Positions 8,154-17,471 of a stretch of 64,000 nt of DNA are shown here, in pieces. The notes below the pieces were generated by a model. The model was not told where the DNA came from and made no database searches. It saw nothing but the letters and a program-made list of their open reading frames with translations. The translations under genes and the position numbers were made by a program. Source of the stretch: Bacillota bacterium (GTDB lineage Bacteria > Patescibacteriota > Patescibacteriia > Patescibacteriales > UBA12465); contig JBLNBA010000002.1 in assembly GCA_050259635.1 (NCBI GenBank), positions 26,681-90,680 of the forward strand, in the 5' to 3' direction. Numbering within the stretch: position 1 is the stretch's first letter; every line of letters begins with the position of its first letter.

Positions 8154-8345
8154 TTATTGGCTGTCTGTTTTCAAGAGCTCATTCAAAAGCCCGGCCTTAT
8201 CGGTGCCGATCGAGAAGTGCAGTTTTTGCCCGATCTCCGGAATCTGGGGCAGCTTATCTTTCGGCCAGTATATAATATTGTTATCCTTATCTTTTAGGAT
8301 GACTTGGTCATCGCTAAAACCGGACACGGTGAGTTCATACTCCAT
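8154..8345 (-). CDS. small hypothetical protein
   Basis: 63 aa, tightly packed between the hsp20-like gene (1-nt gap) and the VanW gene (4-nt gap) on the same strand. No recognised motif. Confidence 0.55.
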   Translation of the reverse strand: MEYELTVSGFSDDQVILKDKDNNIIYWPKDKLPQIPEIGQKLHFSIGTDKAGLLNELLKTDSQ

Positions 8346-8346
8346 A

Positions 8347-8763
8347 TTAATCCTTGAACCTTACCTCGATCTTTTCACGTTTTTCTTTATAGAGGGTGAC
8401 TGTGAGAACGCCATTTTCTAGGTCTGCTTCCACCTTGCGGCTATCTACTTCTGCTGGAAGGATGATGGAACGCGAAAAAGGCCCCCAATAGCATTCTCGG
8501 TAAAGGTAGTCTTCATCGGAAACGGCTTGGGGTTGTTTGCGGGTGCCGGTTATGGTCAGAAGATCATGATGGAGTGAAACCTTGAGATCTTCTGGGCGAG
8601 CGCCCGCAATGGTTGATTGGATGACAATCTTCTTATCCGTATGGTAGACATCGACTGAAAGCTGGCCTTCCGAGGCCGCTTCTTTTTCCATCCATTCGCT
8701 GATGGCCGAATTGTCTTCGGTGCTTACCAGCTGGCGCTGGCGTCCGGAGAAGAATTGTAACAT
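8347..8763 (-). CDS. Hsp20/alpha-crystallin family small heat-shock protein
   Basis: 138 aa. The alpha-crystallin domain pattern runs from LSVDVYHTDKKIVIQSTIAGARPEDLKV to ENGVLTVTLYK. Confidence 0.88.
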   Translation of the reverse strand: MLQFFSGRQRQLVSTEDNSAISEWMEKEAASEGQLSVDVYHTDKKIVIQSTIAGARPEDLKVSLHHDLLTITGTRKQPQAVSDEDYLYRECYWGPFSRSIILPAEVDSRKVEADLENGVLTVTLYKEKREKIEVRFKD

Positions 8764-8785
8764 AGGGAAGAGATAATAAATGATG

Positions 8786-8859
8786 TGGGCCCGGCCCGAC
8801 TCGAACGGGCGACCTTTACGATGTCAACGTAACGCTCTAACCAACTGAGCTACGAGCCC
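8786..8859 (-). tRNA. tRNA-Val (GAC)
   Basis: Hand-folded cloverleaf. Acceptor GGGCTCG/CGGGCCC, anticodon loop TTGACAT, T-loop GTTCGAGTC. No encoded CCA. Confidence 0.9.
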
Positions 8860-8910
8860 TTTATTTCCCTATTATATTGTATAGGTGCGAAATTGGCAAA
8901 TGACGGAAAG

Positions 8911-8984
8911 TGCGCCTAGATGGACTTGAACCATCGACCCCCGCTTTATAAGAGCGGTGCTCTGACCACCTGAGCTATAGGCGC
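8911..8984 (-). tRNA. tRNA-Ile (UAU)
   Basis: Hand-folded. Acceptor GCGCCTA/TAGGCGC, anticodon stem CCGCT/AGCGG, loop CTTATAA (anticodon TAT), T-loop GTTCAAGTC. The body resembles tRNA-Ile2. No encoded CCA. Confidence 0.85.
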
Positions 8985-9009
8985 CGGCGCGGCATTTATT
9001 GTTATATCA

Positions 9010-10173
9010 TCAGCCAAAATTTTTATCAAGTTTCGCTTTAAGCGGCCCGATAATCTTCTCTTCCCATTGGTCAGCGGGAAAGTCTATTTCGGCGGTGGCG
9101 GTGCGGGCGCTGCCGGATGCCGACCAGGCTTTGAGCAACTCGACAGCTGATATGCCCTTGGCGGCAAATACAGATAGCTTGTAACGGCCTGGCTTTTGCG
9201 GCAAAGGAAGGCCGATTAAAATGAGTTTAGCCTCCGGAACGCCGGCGAGAATTTCATCCACGATTTCATTAAGGTCGAGATGGGAGGCTTCTTCGGGGTC
9301 GATTTCATCGGGTTTGGCCTGGGTCCAAAGGAGGCGCTTATTTTCGTCGGACTGGAGGTTATTGAGCAGTTTGCCCCAAAGTTTCAAGACGGATAAAGGG
9401 CGAGAGCGATATAATTCAGAGATGATCTCCTCTCGTCGGGCACCGGCGCTGATCAGCTTAGAACTGGTGAGCAGAGTACGGGGAGTAAGATTAGCGCTTT
9501 TAAAATTCCGGGTTTTACTGATTATCCCCGCAAAGAGACAGGTGGCGATATCTTCATCGAGGGTGCCTTCTTCCGTCTTTATTAGGCCATATAGTACTTC
9601 CGCGGTCGAGGCGACGTTCAGGTCAAGCAAGTTAATTTGGCCATATTCTTCGTTGGCAGCCTGATGATCGATGTTTATAATCGTAGTTTTATAGAAGAAT
9701 TCGACATTGTTGTCATAGATTGAGCCGAGCGACTCCAAGTCCGGAGAATCGATAGTAAAGATGAGGTCATGTTTAAACCCGCTGGAAGAGGTACTGATAT
9801 CTTCTGGCCGGAACCAACCTTTCTCAGGCGAAATGATGAAGTTGAGCTTCTGTCCATCAACGCTGTACCGGATCTGATTAATAACTGCCTGGCTGATATC
9901 CAAAGAGACGATGAACTTTCTCAGGTTTTTTAGGGAGTGCTGGATATCTCCGCTCTTCGGTAAGAATTTCCAAGTTTCGGCGGCTCGTTTCTTTTCTTGA
10001 TCATCAGCATTTAACTGGGCTGCTACTTCTGCCTTCTTGCCTTTCTTTGCCAGGTAAAGATAAAGGGCTAAGGCTGACGCAACCGCGTCCCCGTTCCAGT
10101 CCGCGTTGAAAGCGATCAGAATATTTTCTGACTTTTCAATCTGCTTGGCGATTTGCTGGTCGAGGTTTAGCAT
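9010..10173 (-). CDS. DHH-family (NrnA-like) phosphoesterase homolog with degenerate catalytic motifs
   Basis: 387 aa with DHH/DHHA1 layout. Motif III reads IDHQ rather than DHH, and the GGGH position reads SGSA. Confidence 0.7.
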   Translation of the reverse strand: MLNLDQQIAKQIEKSENILIAFNADWNGDAVASALALYLYLAKKGKKAEVAAQLNADDQEKKRAAETWKFLPKSGDIQHSLKNLRKFIVSLDISQAVINQIRYSVDGQKLNFIISPEKGWFRPEDISTSSSGFKHDLIFTIDSPDLESLGSIYDNNVEFFYKTTIINIDHQAANEEYGQINLLDLNVASTAEVLYGLIKTEEGTLDEDIATCLFAGIISKTRNFKSANLTPRTLLTSSKLISAGARREEIISELYRSRPLSVLKLWGKLLNNLQSDENKRLLWTQAKPDEIDPEEASHLDLNEIVDEILAGVPEAKLILIGLPLPQKPGRYKLSVFAAKGISAVELLKAWSASGSARTATAEIDFPADQWEEKIIGPLKAKLDKNFG

Positions 10174-10286
10174 TGTCTGGACTTAGTATTTTGATGATGT
10201 GAACCCTTTAATATATAATTATTTTTAGCTAGAGTCAAGGCAAAATACGGTTGACGGGAGGGCATATTTTTGGTAATTTAAATGGT

Positions 10287-12896
10287 ATGAAAAATGAATT
10301 GGCTAAAACCTACGAAGCCTCTAATTTCGAGGACGAAATATACTCTCGCTGGGATGAATCCGGATATTTTAACCCGGATAACTTAGATTTGCCCGATAGT
10401 GCTCCTACCTATACGATAATTCTTCCCCCACCTAACATTACAGCAAAATTACACTTGGGCCATAGCGCAATGCTGGCAATTGAGGACCTAATGATCCGCT
10501 ATCGACGGCAGAACGGCTATCGCGCTCTCTGGCTGCCGGGAACGGACCATGCCGCTATCGCCACCCAGAATATGGTAGAAAAGAAGCTTTTGTTGGAGAT
10601 TGGCAAGAGCCGGCAAGATTTGGGTCGCGAAGCCTTTTTAGTGGAAGTTGATAAGTTTATCCAAGAAACGCAGGCGACCATCCTTTCTCAGACTCGGAAG
10701 ATGGGGGCCTCCTTGGATTGGTCTCGCCTGGCCTTTACCTTAGATGATCAGAGGCAAAAAGCGGTCAAACGGATGTTCCTGGACATGCATATGGAGGGCG
10801 TGATTTATCGAGGGGAGAGAATTGTCAACTGGTGTCCGCGCTGCCATTCTACTTTAGCGGATGATGAATTGGAATATAAGGAACAGCAAGCGAAGCTCTA
10901 TACTTTTCGTTATAGCAAGGATTTTCCGATCGAAATCTCCACTACCCGTCCGGAAACAAAGCTTGGAGATACGGCGGTGGCAGTTAATCCGAAGGACGAG
11001 CGTTATTCTTCCTATATCGGCCAGATTTTTGAAACAGATTTTTGCGGCCAAGTTTTGAAGATCAAGATAATTGCGGATCGCAAGGTTGAAATGGATTTCG
11101 GCACCGGCGCTCTCGGCGTTACCCCCGCTCATTCGACAGTGGACTGGCAGATGGCGGAAAAGAATGGTTTGGAGAAGATTAAGGTCATTAATGAAGACGG
11201 TATCATCAGGGAAGGATTCGGACTTTTTAGCGGTTTGAGCACGCTGGAAGCGCGGGAGAAAATCGTAGAAGCATTGCGCGCCGACGGTCTCATGTCGAAA
11301 GAAGAGGATATCGTAAATAATTTGTCTTGCTGCTATCGCTGTGGTACTCCAATCGAACCCCTGCCTTCCAAGCAGTGGTTTATTTCCGTGGACGCTCCTG
11401 TCTCAAGGCTGGGAGGAAAATCGATGAAAGAGGCCGCCTTGGAGGCAGCGAAAGAGGGTGAGATAAAATTCCTGCCTGAGCGTTTTGGCAAACGGTATTC
11501 TGATTGGATGGAAAATCTGCATGATTGGTGCATATCCCGGCAAATCTGGTTTGGCCATAGTATTCCGGTCTGGTATAAGGGTGAAGAAGTGTATGTTGGA
11601 GAAGATGCTCCTTCCGGCGAAGGTTGGGTTAAGGATAATGACACTTTGGACACTTGGTTCTCCTCCGGCATGTGGTCATTCTCGACCCTGGGATGGCCGG
11701 ATAATTATCAGGGAGGAGTGAAGACCGGCGATCTTGCCCGTTTCCATCCTACCCAAGTACTTGAGACCGGATATGAAATCCTGACGCTTTGGGTTTCTCG
11801 TATGGTCATGATGTCTATGTTCGCTTTGGGTGAAGTGCCTTTCCAAACGGTTTACCTTCACGGAACTATCTTGGATAAAGGAGGGAAGAAGATGTCTAAG
11901 TCCAAAGGAAATGGCGTGGATCCGATAGAAGTAATTGCCAAATATGGAGCCGATGCGGTCCGTCTTTCCTTATTGATGGGAGCGACCCCCGGCAACGATT
12001 CACGATACAGCGAAGAAAAGATTGAAGCGAAGAGAAATTTCATCAATAAGCTTTGGAACATATCCCGTTTCATTCTGTCCGATATCTCTGATGAGGATGC
12101 TAAGGCCGATCCGGGAGAACTGCCGAAGGCGAAAACCCTGGCAGATCGCTGGATCCTGTCGGAGCTCTTGGCGCTGCGGAAAGACGTAGATGATGCCATC
12201 CTAGCTTTTGATTTCAGCGTCGCGGCTGAACGATTATATGATTTTACCTGGAACAAGCTGGCTGACTGGTATTTGGAAGCGGCCAAGGTGGAAAAAGATA
12301 AGTCACGGGTTCTGTCTTTCATCCTTACTAATCTTCTCCTAATGTGGCATCCTTTCATCCCTTTTGTCACGGAAGCTATCTGGAGCAGTTATCGCGAGGG
12401 ATCAATCATGGTTTTCTCTTGGCCAAAACTCAATACCCTGAGTCCTGAGCCACAATTCGGGTTAGTCCAGGAAGCCATCATTTCCGTCCGCAATGCTCGC
12501 AGCGAGAATAGGATCGAGCCGGCCAGGAAAGTCCAAGCGATTATTACCGGCAAGGATGCTGAGCTTATATTTTCGCAATCACATTTACTGCGCGGCTTAA
12601 GAACCGGTATCGAAGAGGTTTCCGTATCTGAGTCCGAACCACAAGAAGGCTCGATAAAAGTCGTTATTGGCGAAACAGAAATATACCTTCTTGGCGCCGT
12701 TGACCCGGACAAAGAAAAGGCTCGCCTGGCGAAGGAAAAAGAGTCCTTGGTCAAGTTAATAGAAAATTTATCTGTCCGGCTTGCTAATCAGGAGTTTATC
12801 AGTCGCGCACCGGCGCAGATCATCGAAGGCGAAAAAGAAAAACTCGCCCGCTATCAGGCGGAGTTAGAAAATATCAATGCCGCTTTAAGCGCTTGA
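10287..12896 (+). CDS. valS: valyl-tRNA synthetase
   Basis: PPPNITAKLHLGHS (HIGH), KMSKSKGN, an editing domain and a C-terminal coiled coil. ATG 10287 (MKNELAKTYE) is preferred over the track's TTG at 10251. Confidence 0.95.
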   Translation: MKNELAKTYEASNFEDEIYSRWDESGYFNPDNLDLPDSAPTYTIILPPPNITAKLHLGHSAMLAIEDLMIRYRRQNGYRALWLPGTDHAAIATQNMVEKKLLLEIGKSRQDLGREAFLVEVDKFIQETQATILSQTRKMGASLDWSRLAFTLDDQRQKAVKRMFLDMHMEGVIYRGERIVNWCPRCHSTLADDELEYKEQQAKLYTFRYSKDFPIEISTTRPETKLGDTAVAVNPKDERYSSYIGQIFETDFCGQVLKIKIIADRKVEMDFGTGALGVTPAHSTVDWQMAEKNGLEKIKVINEDGIIREGFGLFSGLSTLEAREKIVEALRADGLMSKEEDIVNNLSCCYRCGTPIEPLPSKQWFISVDAPVSRLGGKSMKEAALEAAKEGEIKFLPERFGKRYSDWMENLHDWCISRQIWFGHSIPVWYKGEEVYVGEDAPSGEGWVKDNDTLDTWFSSGMWSFSTLGWPDNYQGGVKTGDLARFHPTQVLETGYEILTLWVSRMVMMSMFALGEVPFQTVYLHGTILDKGGKKMSKSKGNGVDPIEVIAKYGADAVRLSLLMGATPGNDSRYSEEKIEAKRNFINKLWNISRFILSDISDEDAKADPGELPKAKTLADRWILSELLALRKDVDDAILAFDFSVAAERLYDFTWNKLADWYLEAAKVEKDKSRVLSFILTNLLLMWHPFIPFVTEAIWSSYREGSIMVFSWPKLNTLSPEPQFGLVQEAIISVRNARSENRIEPARKVQAIITGKDAELIFSQSHLLRGLRTGIEEVSVSESEPQEGSIKVVIGETEIYLLGAVDPDKEKARLAKEKESLVKLIENLSVRLANQEFISRAPAQIIEGEKEKLARYQAELENINAALSA

Positions 12897-12909
12897 TCAG
12901 TAAACCAAT

Positions 12910-13293
12910 ATGACTTTAAGGAATTATCTGATCGTCATGGGCAGTATGACCGCCGTTTGCTGGGCAATCTTTGCGATTGCGGCTGGCAGTATCGACCCCG
13001 TTATGACCAACATCGTGGGGTTTGCCCTTTTTTACGTTTCGCTTTTCCTGGCTTTATCCGGAACGGCAGCGTTGGTTGGCTTCGTGATTCGCTTCGCTCT
13101 CCTGAAGCGTGAGTTGGCCTTTTATGCCGTGTCTACGGCTTTCCGCCAGTCATTTTTGTTTGCTCTTTTCATCGTGGTATCCCTCAACCTCCTGCATTTC
13201 AGTCTCTTCACCTGGTTGAACGTAGTTTTGCTCGTCATGATCTTTGCCGTCCTGGAATTATTTATCGCGAGTTACAAGAAGAGTCGGATTTAA
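12910..13293 (+). CDS. hypothetical integral membrane protein (about 4 TM)
   Basis: 127 aa with four hydrophobic segments. Sits between valS and pheS on the same strand. Confidence 0.7.
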   Translation: MTLRNYLIVMGSMTAVCWAIFAIAAGSIDPVMTNIVGFALFYVSLFLALSGTAALVGFVIRFALLKRELAFYAVSTAFRQSFLFALFIVVSLNLLHFSLFTWLNVVLLVMIFAVLELFIASYKKSRI

Positions 13294-13300
13294 AAATTAT

Positions 13301-14326
13301 ATGAAGAAAAAATTAGAACAATTGCGAGATGAATTCTTAACCGGACTCGACAAGGTGAAAGACTTGCCTTCGTTGAGGGAATTGGAATTAGAATATATTT
13401 CCCGCAAGGGAAAACTGAGTAGCCTCCTTTCCGGCCTGAAGGAGCTAAGTTTGGATTTGCGCCGCGAGGCGGGCGAGGCTGCCAATGTGATCAAGAAGGA
13501 AATGCAAGAACGCTTCAATGCCGTCCGTGAGAATCTCGAAGGGAAAGAAGAAGAGGTTGAAGGCGATCCCACTCTCCCCGGCGAGCACCTGGAAGCGGGA
13601 TCTTTGCATCCGATCACGATCGTGCGCCGTGAATTGGAAGACTTTTTCTCGACTCTGGGCTTTATGATCCTGGATGGTCCGGAGCTGGAGAGTGAGTATT
13701 ATAATTTTGAGTCTTTAAATGTCCCTCCTCATCATCCTGCCCGGGATATGCAGGACACATTTTATGTGGACTTGAAGGATAAGGACGGTTCTTTGCCCTT
13801 AACCATGCGTACCCAAACCTCCAACACCCAAGTGCGGGCGATGCAGAAATACGGAGCCCCGTTGAAAGCGATCATGCCCGGCAGGGTTTTTCGGAGCGAG
13901 GCGACTGACGCCCGTCATGAGCATACGTTTTATCAGCTGGAAGGGGTAGTAATTGATAAGAACGTTAATTTTGGGCACATGAAGAGCGTGCTGGAATCAG
14001 TGGGGAAGAAACTTTATGGTCCCGATACCCAGATGCGCATGCGTCCCAAGTTTTATCCTTTTGTCGAACCGGGATCAAACGGCGAATATACCTGCTTCCT
14101 TTGCGAAGGAAAAGGCTGCCGGGTTTGTAAGTATTCCGGCTGGCTGGAAATACTGGGCTGCGGCCTTATCCACCCGAACGTCATGAGGGCGGGGGGCATC
14201 GACCCCGAGCAATATTCGGGCTTCGCTTTCGGTTTCGGCTTAAATCGCTTGGTGATGTTGAAATACGGAGTTGATGATATCCGCTTGTTTAATTCCGGCG
14301 ATCTCCGTTTTCTGAAACAATTCTAA
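13301..14326 (+). CDS. pheS: phenylalanyl-tRNA synthetase alpha subunit
   Basis: Class II motifs (HPARDMQDTFY, FRSEATDARH, GFGLNRLVML). ATG 13301 (MKKKLEQLRDEF) is chosen because the track start at 13244 overlaps the upstream gene. Confidence 0.94.
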   Translation: MKKKLEQLRDEFLTGLDKVKDLPSLRELELEYISRKGKLSSLLSGLKELSLDLRREAGEAANVIKKEMQERFNAVRENLEGKEEEVEGDPTLPGEHLEAGSLHPITIVRRELEDFFSTLGFMILDGPELESEYYNFESLNVPPHHPARDMQDTFYVDLKDKDGSLPLTMRTQTSNTQVRAMQKYGAPLKAIMPGRVFRSEATDARHEHTFYQLEGVVIDKNVNFGHMKSVLESVGKKLYGPDTQMRMRPKFYPFVEPGSNGEYTCFLCEGKGCRVCKYSGWLEILGCGLIHPNVMRAGGIDPEQYSGFAFGFGLNRLVMLKYGVDDIRLFNSGDLRFLKQF

Positions 14327-14330
14327 CGCT

Positions 14331-16751
14331 ATGTATCTATCATTCAATTGGCTAAAAGAATCGGTGAAAATGCCCAAGAAGGTCGGGCCGGCGGAATTGG
14401 CTTCGCTGCTCACACTTCATACGGTGGAAGTCGAGGGCTTTAAAGAGCAGCGATCGGCTTATGATCGTGTCGTTGTGGGCAAGATCGTATCTGTCGCGCC
14501 CCATCCTAATGCGGACCGCCTTCGTCTTACCGTTGTCGATATCAAGAAGGAAAAATTGGCCATCGTTTGCGGTGCGCCAAACGTAGCGGTCGGGCAAATG
14601 GTTCCATTGGCTTTAGTGGGTGCAATCCTTCCTGGGGGAATCGAGATAAAGGAATCGGAAATCAGAGGAGAGAAATCATATGGGATGATTTGTGCGGAAG
14701 ACGAGCTGGGCTTAGGTACGGATCATGAGGGTATCATGGTGCTTGATAAAAGCGCTAGGTTGGGCCAGTCTTTTGCCGATTATCTAGGTCTGGATGATAC
14801 GATTTTAGAAATAGATAACAAGTCCTTATCTAACAGGGGTGATTTATGGGGCCACTATGGTATGGCCAGGGAGATCAGCGCTTTGCTTAAAGCACCGCTG
14901 AATCCATATCCGCAGCCCGAGGAACAAGAAACTGTCCCCCTGGCTAAGAAACCTAAACTATCGGTAAAGGTGGAGAATAAGAAAATTTGCAGCCGCTATA
15001 TCGCTGTTCGAATCAGCGGGGTGAGTGCTATCGAATCGCCGGCTTGGCTGAAGAAAAGACTGACCGCCGTGGGCGCTCGGCCGATAAATGCTCTGGTCGA
15101 TATCACTAATTACGTCATGCTGGAATCGGGGCAACCATTGCATGCCTTTGATGCCAAGGATATCGATCGCATCCTTATCCGTTGTTCCAAGGCCGATGAA
15201 GGCTTGGAAACTTTAGATGGGAAGGAACGGCTCTTACCTCCGGATGCGATCGTAATTACTGACGGGCATGAGCCTCTCGCCCTAGCCGGGATCATGGGCG
15301 GAGCATCAAGCGCTATAAGCGATGCCACAACAGAGATCATTTTAGAAGCAGCAACTTTCGATGCGGTCTCAATCCGCAAAGCTAGCCAGAAATTGGGTTT
15401 GCGGACCGATGCTTCAATGCGTTTTGAAAAGACCTTGGATCCCAACTTGCCTGAACAAGCATGGAGAAGGGCATGGCAGTTGATTAAACAGGTCATGCCT
15501 CAAGCTGTCTTAGAGGAGCTGTCTGATATTTCCGATTTTGATTTGCAGATTAAACCGATAACGGTCGATTTCTCTTGGCTTAAGAAGCGCCTGGGCCGTG
15601 AGATCGGCCGGCGGGATGCTGCCGGCATACTTGAACGTCTCGGCTTCTCCGTTTCCATAGAAGGCAATGCCCTCCAAGTAACCCCTCCTTCTTGGCGGGC
15701 CGTAAAAGATGTGTCGATAAAGGAAGACATATTAGAGGAAGTGGCGCGCGTTATCGGATATAGCGAGATTCCTTCCCAGCCTCTTTCATCGCCCCTTTCT
15801 TTATTGCCGGAAAATGATGAATTGATTTTGGAGCGTCGCTTGCAGGATATCCTAAGCGGTGCCGGGAGGATTTCTGAAACCTATAATTATTCTTTTGTAA
15901 GTGAAGCGGCAATTACCAAACTTAATTTCGAACCTCAGAATTACCTCAGGCTTGCTAACCCGATTTCGGAGCAGCATGTCTTTCTCCGCCAGAGCCTGCT
16001 GACGAACATGCTGCAGAATGTGAGATCGAATCAATACAATTATTCTGAGGCCGGACTCTTTGAAATCGGCCGCATCTTCCTGCCTATACCAGGAGAATAC
16101 CTGAGAGAACCAATGGGGGAATCAATTCCTTATCAGGGAAAGCGTCTGGGTATCTTGTGCTATGGGCCAGATAGCAGCGCTATTTTCAGCCGGGTTAAAG
16201 GTCTTGTTTCGCTTTTGCTGGCTACCATTCTGCCTAAGGCTGTTACGGCTTTCGGGTCACTTGGGAATGTCCCGGCTTGGTCAAAAGCCGGACTAGCGGC
16301 GTCAATCGAGTGTGCCGGGCATGAACTCGGTTTTGTCGGCGGCTTAGCCAGTGAACCGGCAAATGCCTTAGGTATTAAGGTGAAAGCTGCTTATGCCGAA
16401 ATAAATTTGAAAGAATTATTGGATCTTGTCCAAGCTTTTCCCGCCAAGCACTATGAAGATGTGCCTAAATATCCTCCGGTAACCAGGGATATCGCTTTTG
16501 TTGTTGAAGAGAAAATACTGTATAATGATTTCTGGAAAGCTTTAGCGTCATATAACCCGTTAATCGCAAAGGTTGAACTATTCGATGTCTATCGTGGGAG
16601 TGCACTCGGGGAGACTCGCAAGAGTTGGGCATTCCACTTTACCTATATATCTTCGGAGCGGACATTGACTGCGGAAGAAATCGACGCTTTGCAAGCAGGA
16701 CTGATCGCTTTTTGTCAGGAGCGCTTTGGGGCGCAAGTAAGAGACTTTTAA
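14331..16751 (+). CDS. pheT: phenylalanyl-tRNA synthetase beta subunit
   Basis: 806 aa. N-terminal tRNA-binding domain (VVGKIVSVAPHPNADRLRL), B3/4 and B5 regions, and a C-terminal FDX-ACB-like domain. Confidence 0.94.
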   Translation: MYLSFNWLKESVKMPKKVGPAELASLLTLHTVEVEGFKEQRSAYDRVVVGKIVSVAPHPNADRLRLTVVDIKKEKLAIVCGAPNVAVGQMVPLALVGAILPGGIEIKESEIRGEKSYGMICAEDELGLGTDHEGIMVLDKSARLGQSFADYLGLDDTILEIDNKSLSNRGDLWGHYGMAREISALLKAPLNPYPQPEEQETVPLAKKPKLSVKVENKKICSRYIAVRISGVSAIESPAWLKKRLTAVGARPINALVDITNYVMLESGQPLHAFDAKDIDRILIRCSKADEGLETLDGKERLLPPDAIVITDGHEPLALAGIMGGASSAISDATTEIILEAATFDAVSIRKASQKLGLRTDASMRFEKTLDPNLPEQAWRRAWQLIKQVMPQAVLEELSDISDFDLQIKPITVDFSWLKKRLGREIGRRDAAGILERLGFSVSIEGNALQVTPPSWRAVKDVSIKEDILEEVARVIGYSEIPSQPLSSPLSLLPENDELILERRLQDILSGAGRISETYNYSFVSEAAITKLNFEPQNYLRLANPISEQHVFLRQSLLTNMLQNVRSNQYNYSEAGLFEIGRIFLPIPGEYLREPMGESIPYQGKRLGILCYGPDSSAIFSRVKGLVSLLLATILPKAVTAFGSLGNVPAWSKAGLAASIECAGHELGFVGGLASEPANALGIKVKAAYAEINLKELLDLVQAFPAKHYEDVPKYPPVTRDIAFVVEEKILYNDFWKALASYNPLIAKVELFDVYRGSALGETRKSWAFHFTYISSERTLTAEEIDALQAGLIAFCQERFGAQVRDF

Positions 16752-17125
16752 TGCAAGAGGGGGCTATCTCCTTCTTAACAAACGATATGTTTGAAACATC
16801 GCGCGATATCCTTAATTGGGTGCTGGCCGTTTCAACGGGAGTGTTAGCTTTCTTTATTTGCTGGTCATTGTATTATTTCATTGCATCGGCCCAGCGTATA
16901 TATCGGCTGGTTAAGCAGGTGGAGAGAAGCGTGGCCAAGGCCGAGTCGCTGATTGACTTAGCGAAAGAAAAAGTATCAGGGAGCGCTTCATACTTCGTTA
17001 TTCTGGCTGAGTTATTAAAGAAGGGCATGGAATATGCCCGCGAGCGAAGAGAGAGGAAGAAAGAAAAAGATGTTGAGGTGGGAGAAGATGAGAAATTGGT
17101 GATAAAGAAGAAAAAGAAAAAATAA
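16751..17125 (+). CDS. hypothetical membrane protein with Lys/Glu-rich tail
   Basis: 124 aa from ATG 16751, which overlaps the pheT stop (TAATG). One TM (VLAVSTGVLAFFICWSLYYFI) and a C-terminal KKEKD...KKKKKK tail. Confidence 0.6.
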   Translation: MQEGAISFLTNDMFETSRDILNWVLAVSTGVLAFFICWSLYYFIASAQRIYRLVKQVERSVAKAESLIDLAKEKVSGSASYFVILAELLKKGMEYARERRERKKEKDVEVGEDEKLVIKKKKKK

Positions 17126-17136
17126 AGAAGGAGAAT

Positions 17137-17169
17137 AAAAAACAGGCTGCTTGTGCAGCCTGTTTTTTT
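17137..17169. terminator. bidirectional intrinsic terminator
   Basis: A6, ACAGGCTGC TTGT GCAGCCTGT, T7. Confidence 0.85.
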
Positions 17170-17464
17170 AATTATCGTAACGTGATTTGGAAGAAAAATT
17201 CTTATGTTTCTTCTGAAAGCCCAGCAACTCCAGAAATGATTTCTTCACTGGCAGTTCTTGCGGAGTTGGTGACGGATCTGGAGGCAGAACGCCCGAGTCC
17301 TGTAAAATCAATTTCCGCAGCCTTTCCATTTCCTGGCGCTCTTCCTCTTGGTACTGGTTATGAGGCCTGAGCTTCACCCGATATTGCTCCAGCTCCGGGC
17401 GAGGATCAATGTCTTCATTCCTTTGGTGTCGTTCCGCCGCCGACGGCATTTCCAGACTGTTCAT
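17168..17464 (-). CDS. hypothetical protein downstream of topA
   Basis: 98 aa, charged and Pro-rich. Starts 7 nt after the topA stop on the same strand. No recognised motif. Confidence 0.5.
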   Translation of the reverse strand: MNSLEMPSAAERHQRNEDIDPRPELEQYRVKLRPHNQYQEEERQEMERLRKLILQDSGVLPPDPSPTPQELPVKKSFLELLGFQKKHKNFSSKSRYDN

Positions 17465-17471
17465 ATGATTA

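Noticed and set aside
16625-16750. N-terminal extensions given by the ORF track. The track starts are 16625, 13244, 10251, 19718, 20575, 23585, 26547, 28482, 37498, 42164, 53582 and 3677.
   Set aside because: Each extension overlaps the upstream gene or an RNA or promoter element. Each also precedes an internal ATG that matches the conserved N-terminus of the family (for example MKLIIVESPTKA for topA and MQIIIGLGNPG for pth). The internal starts were used.
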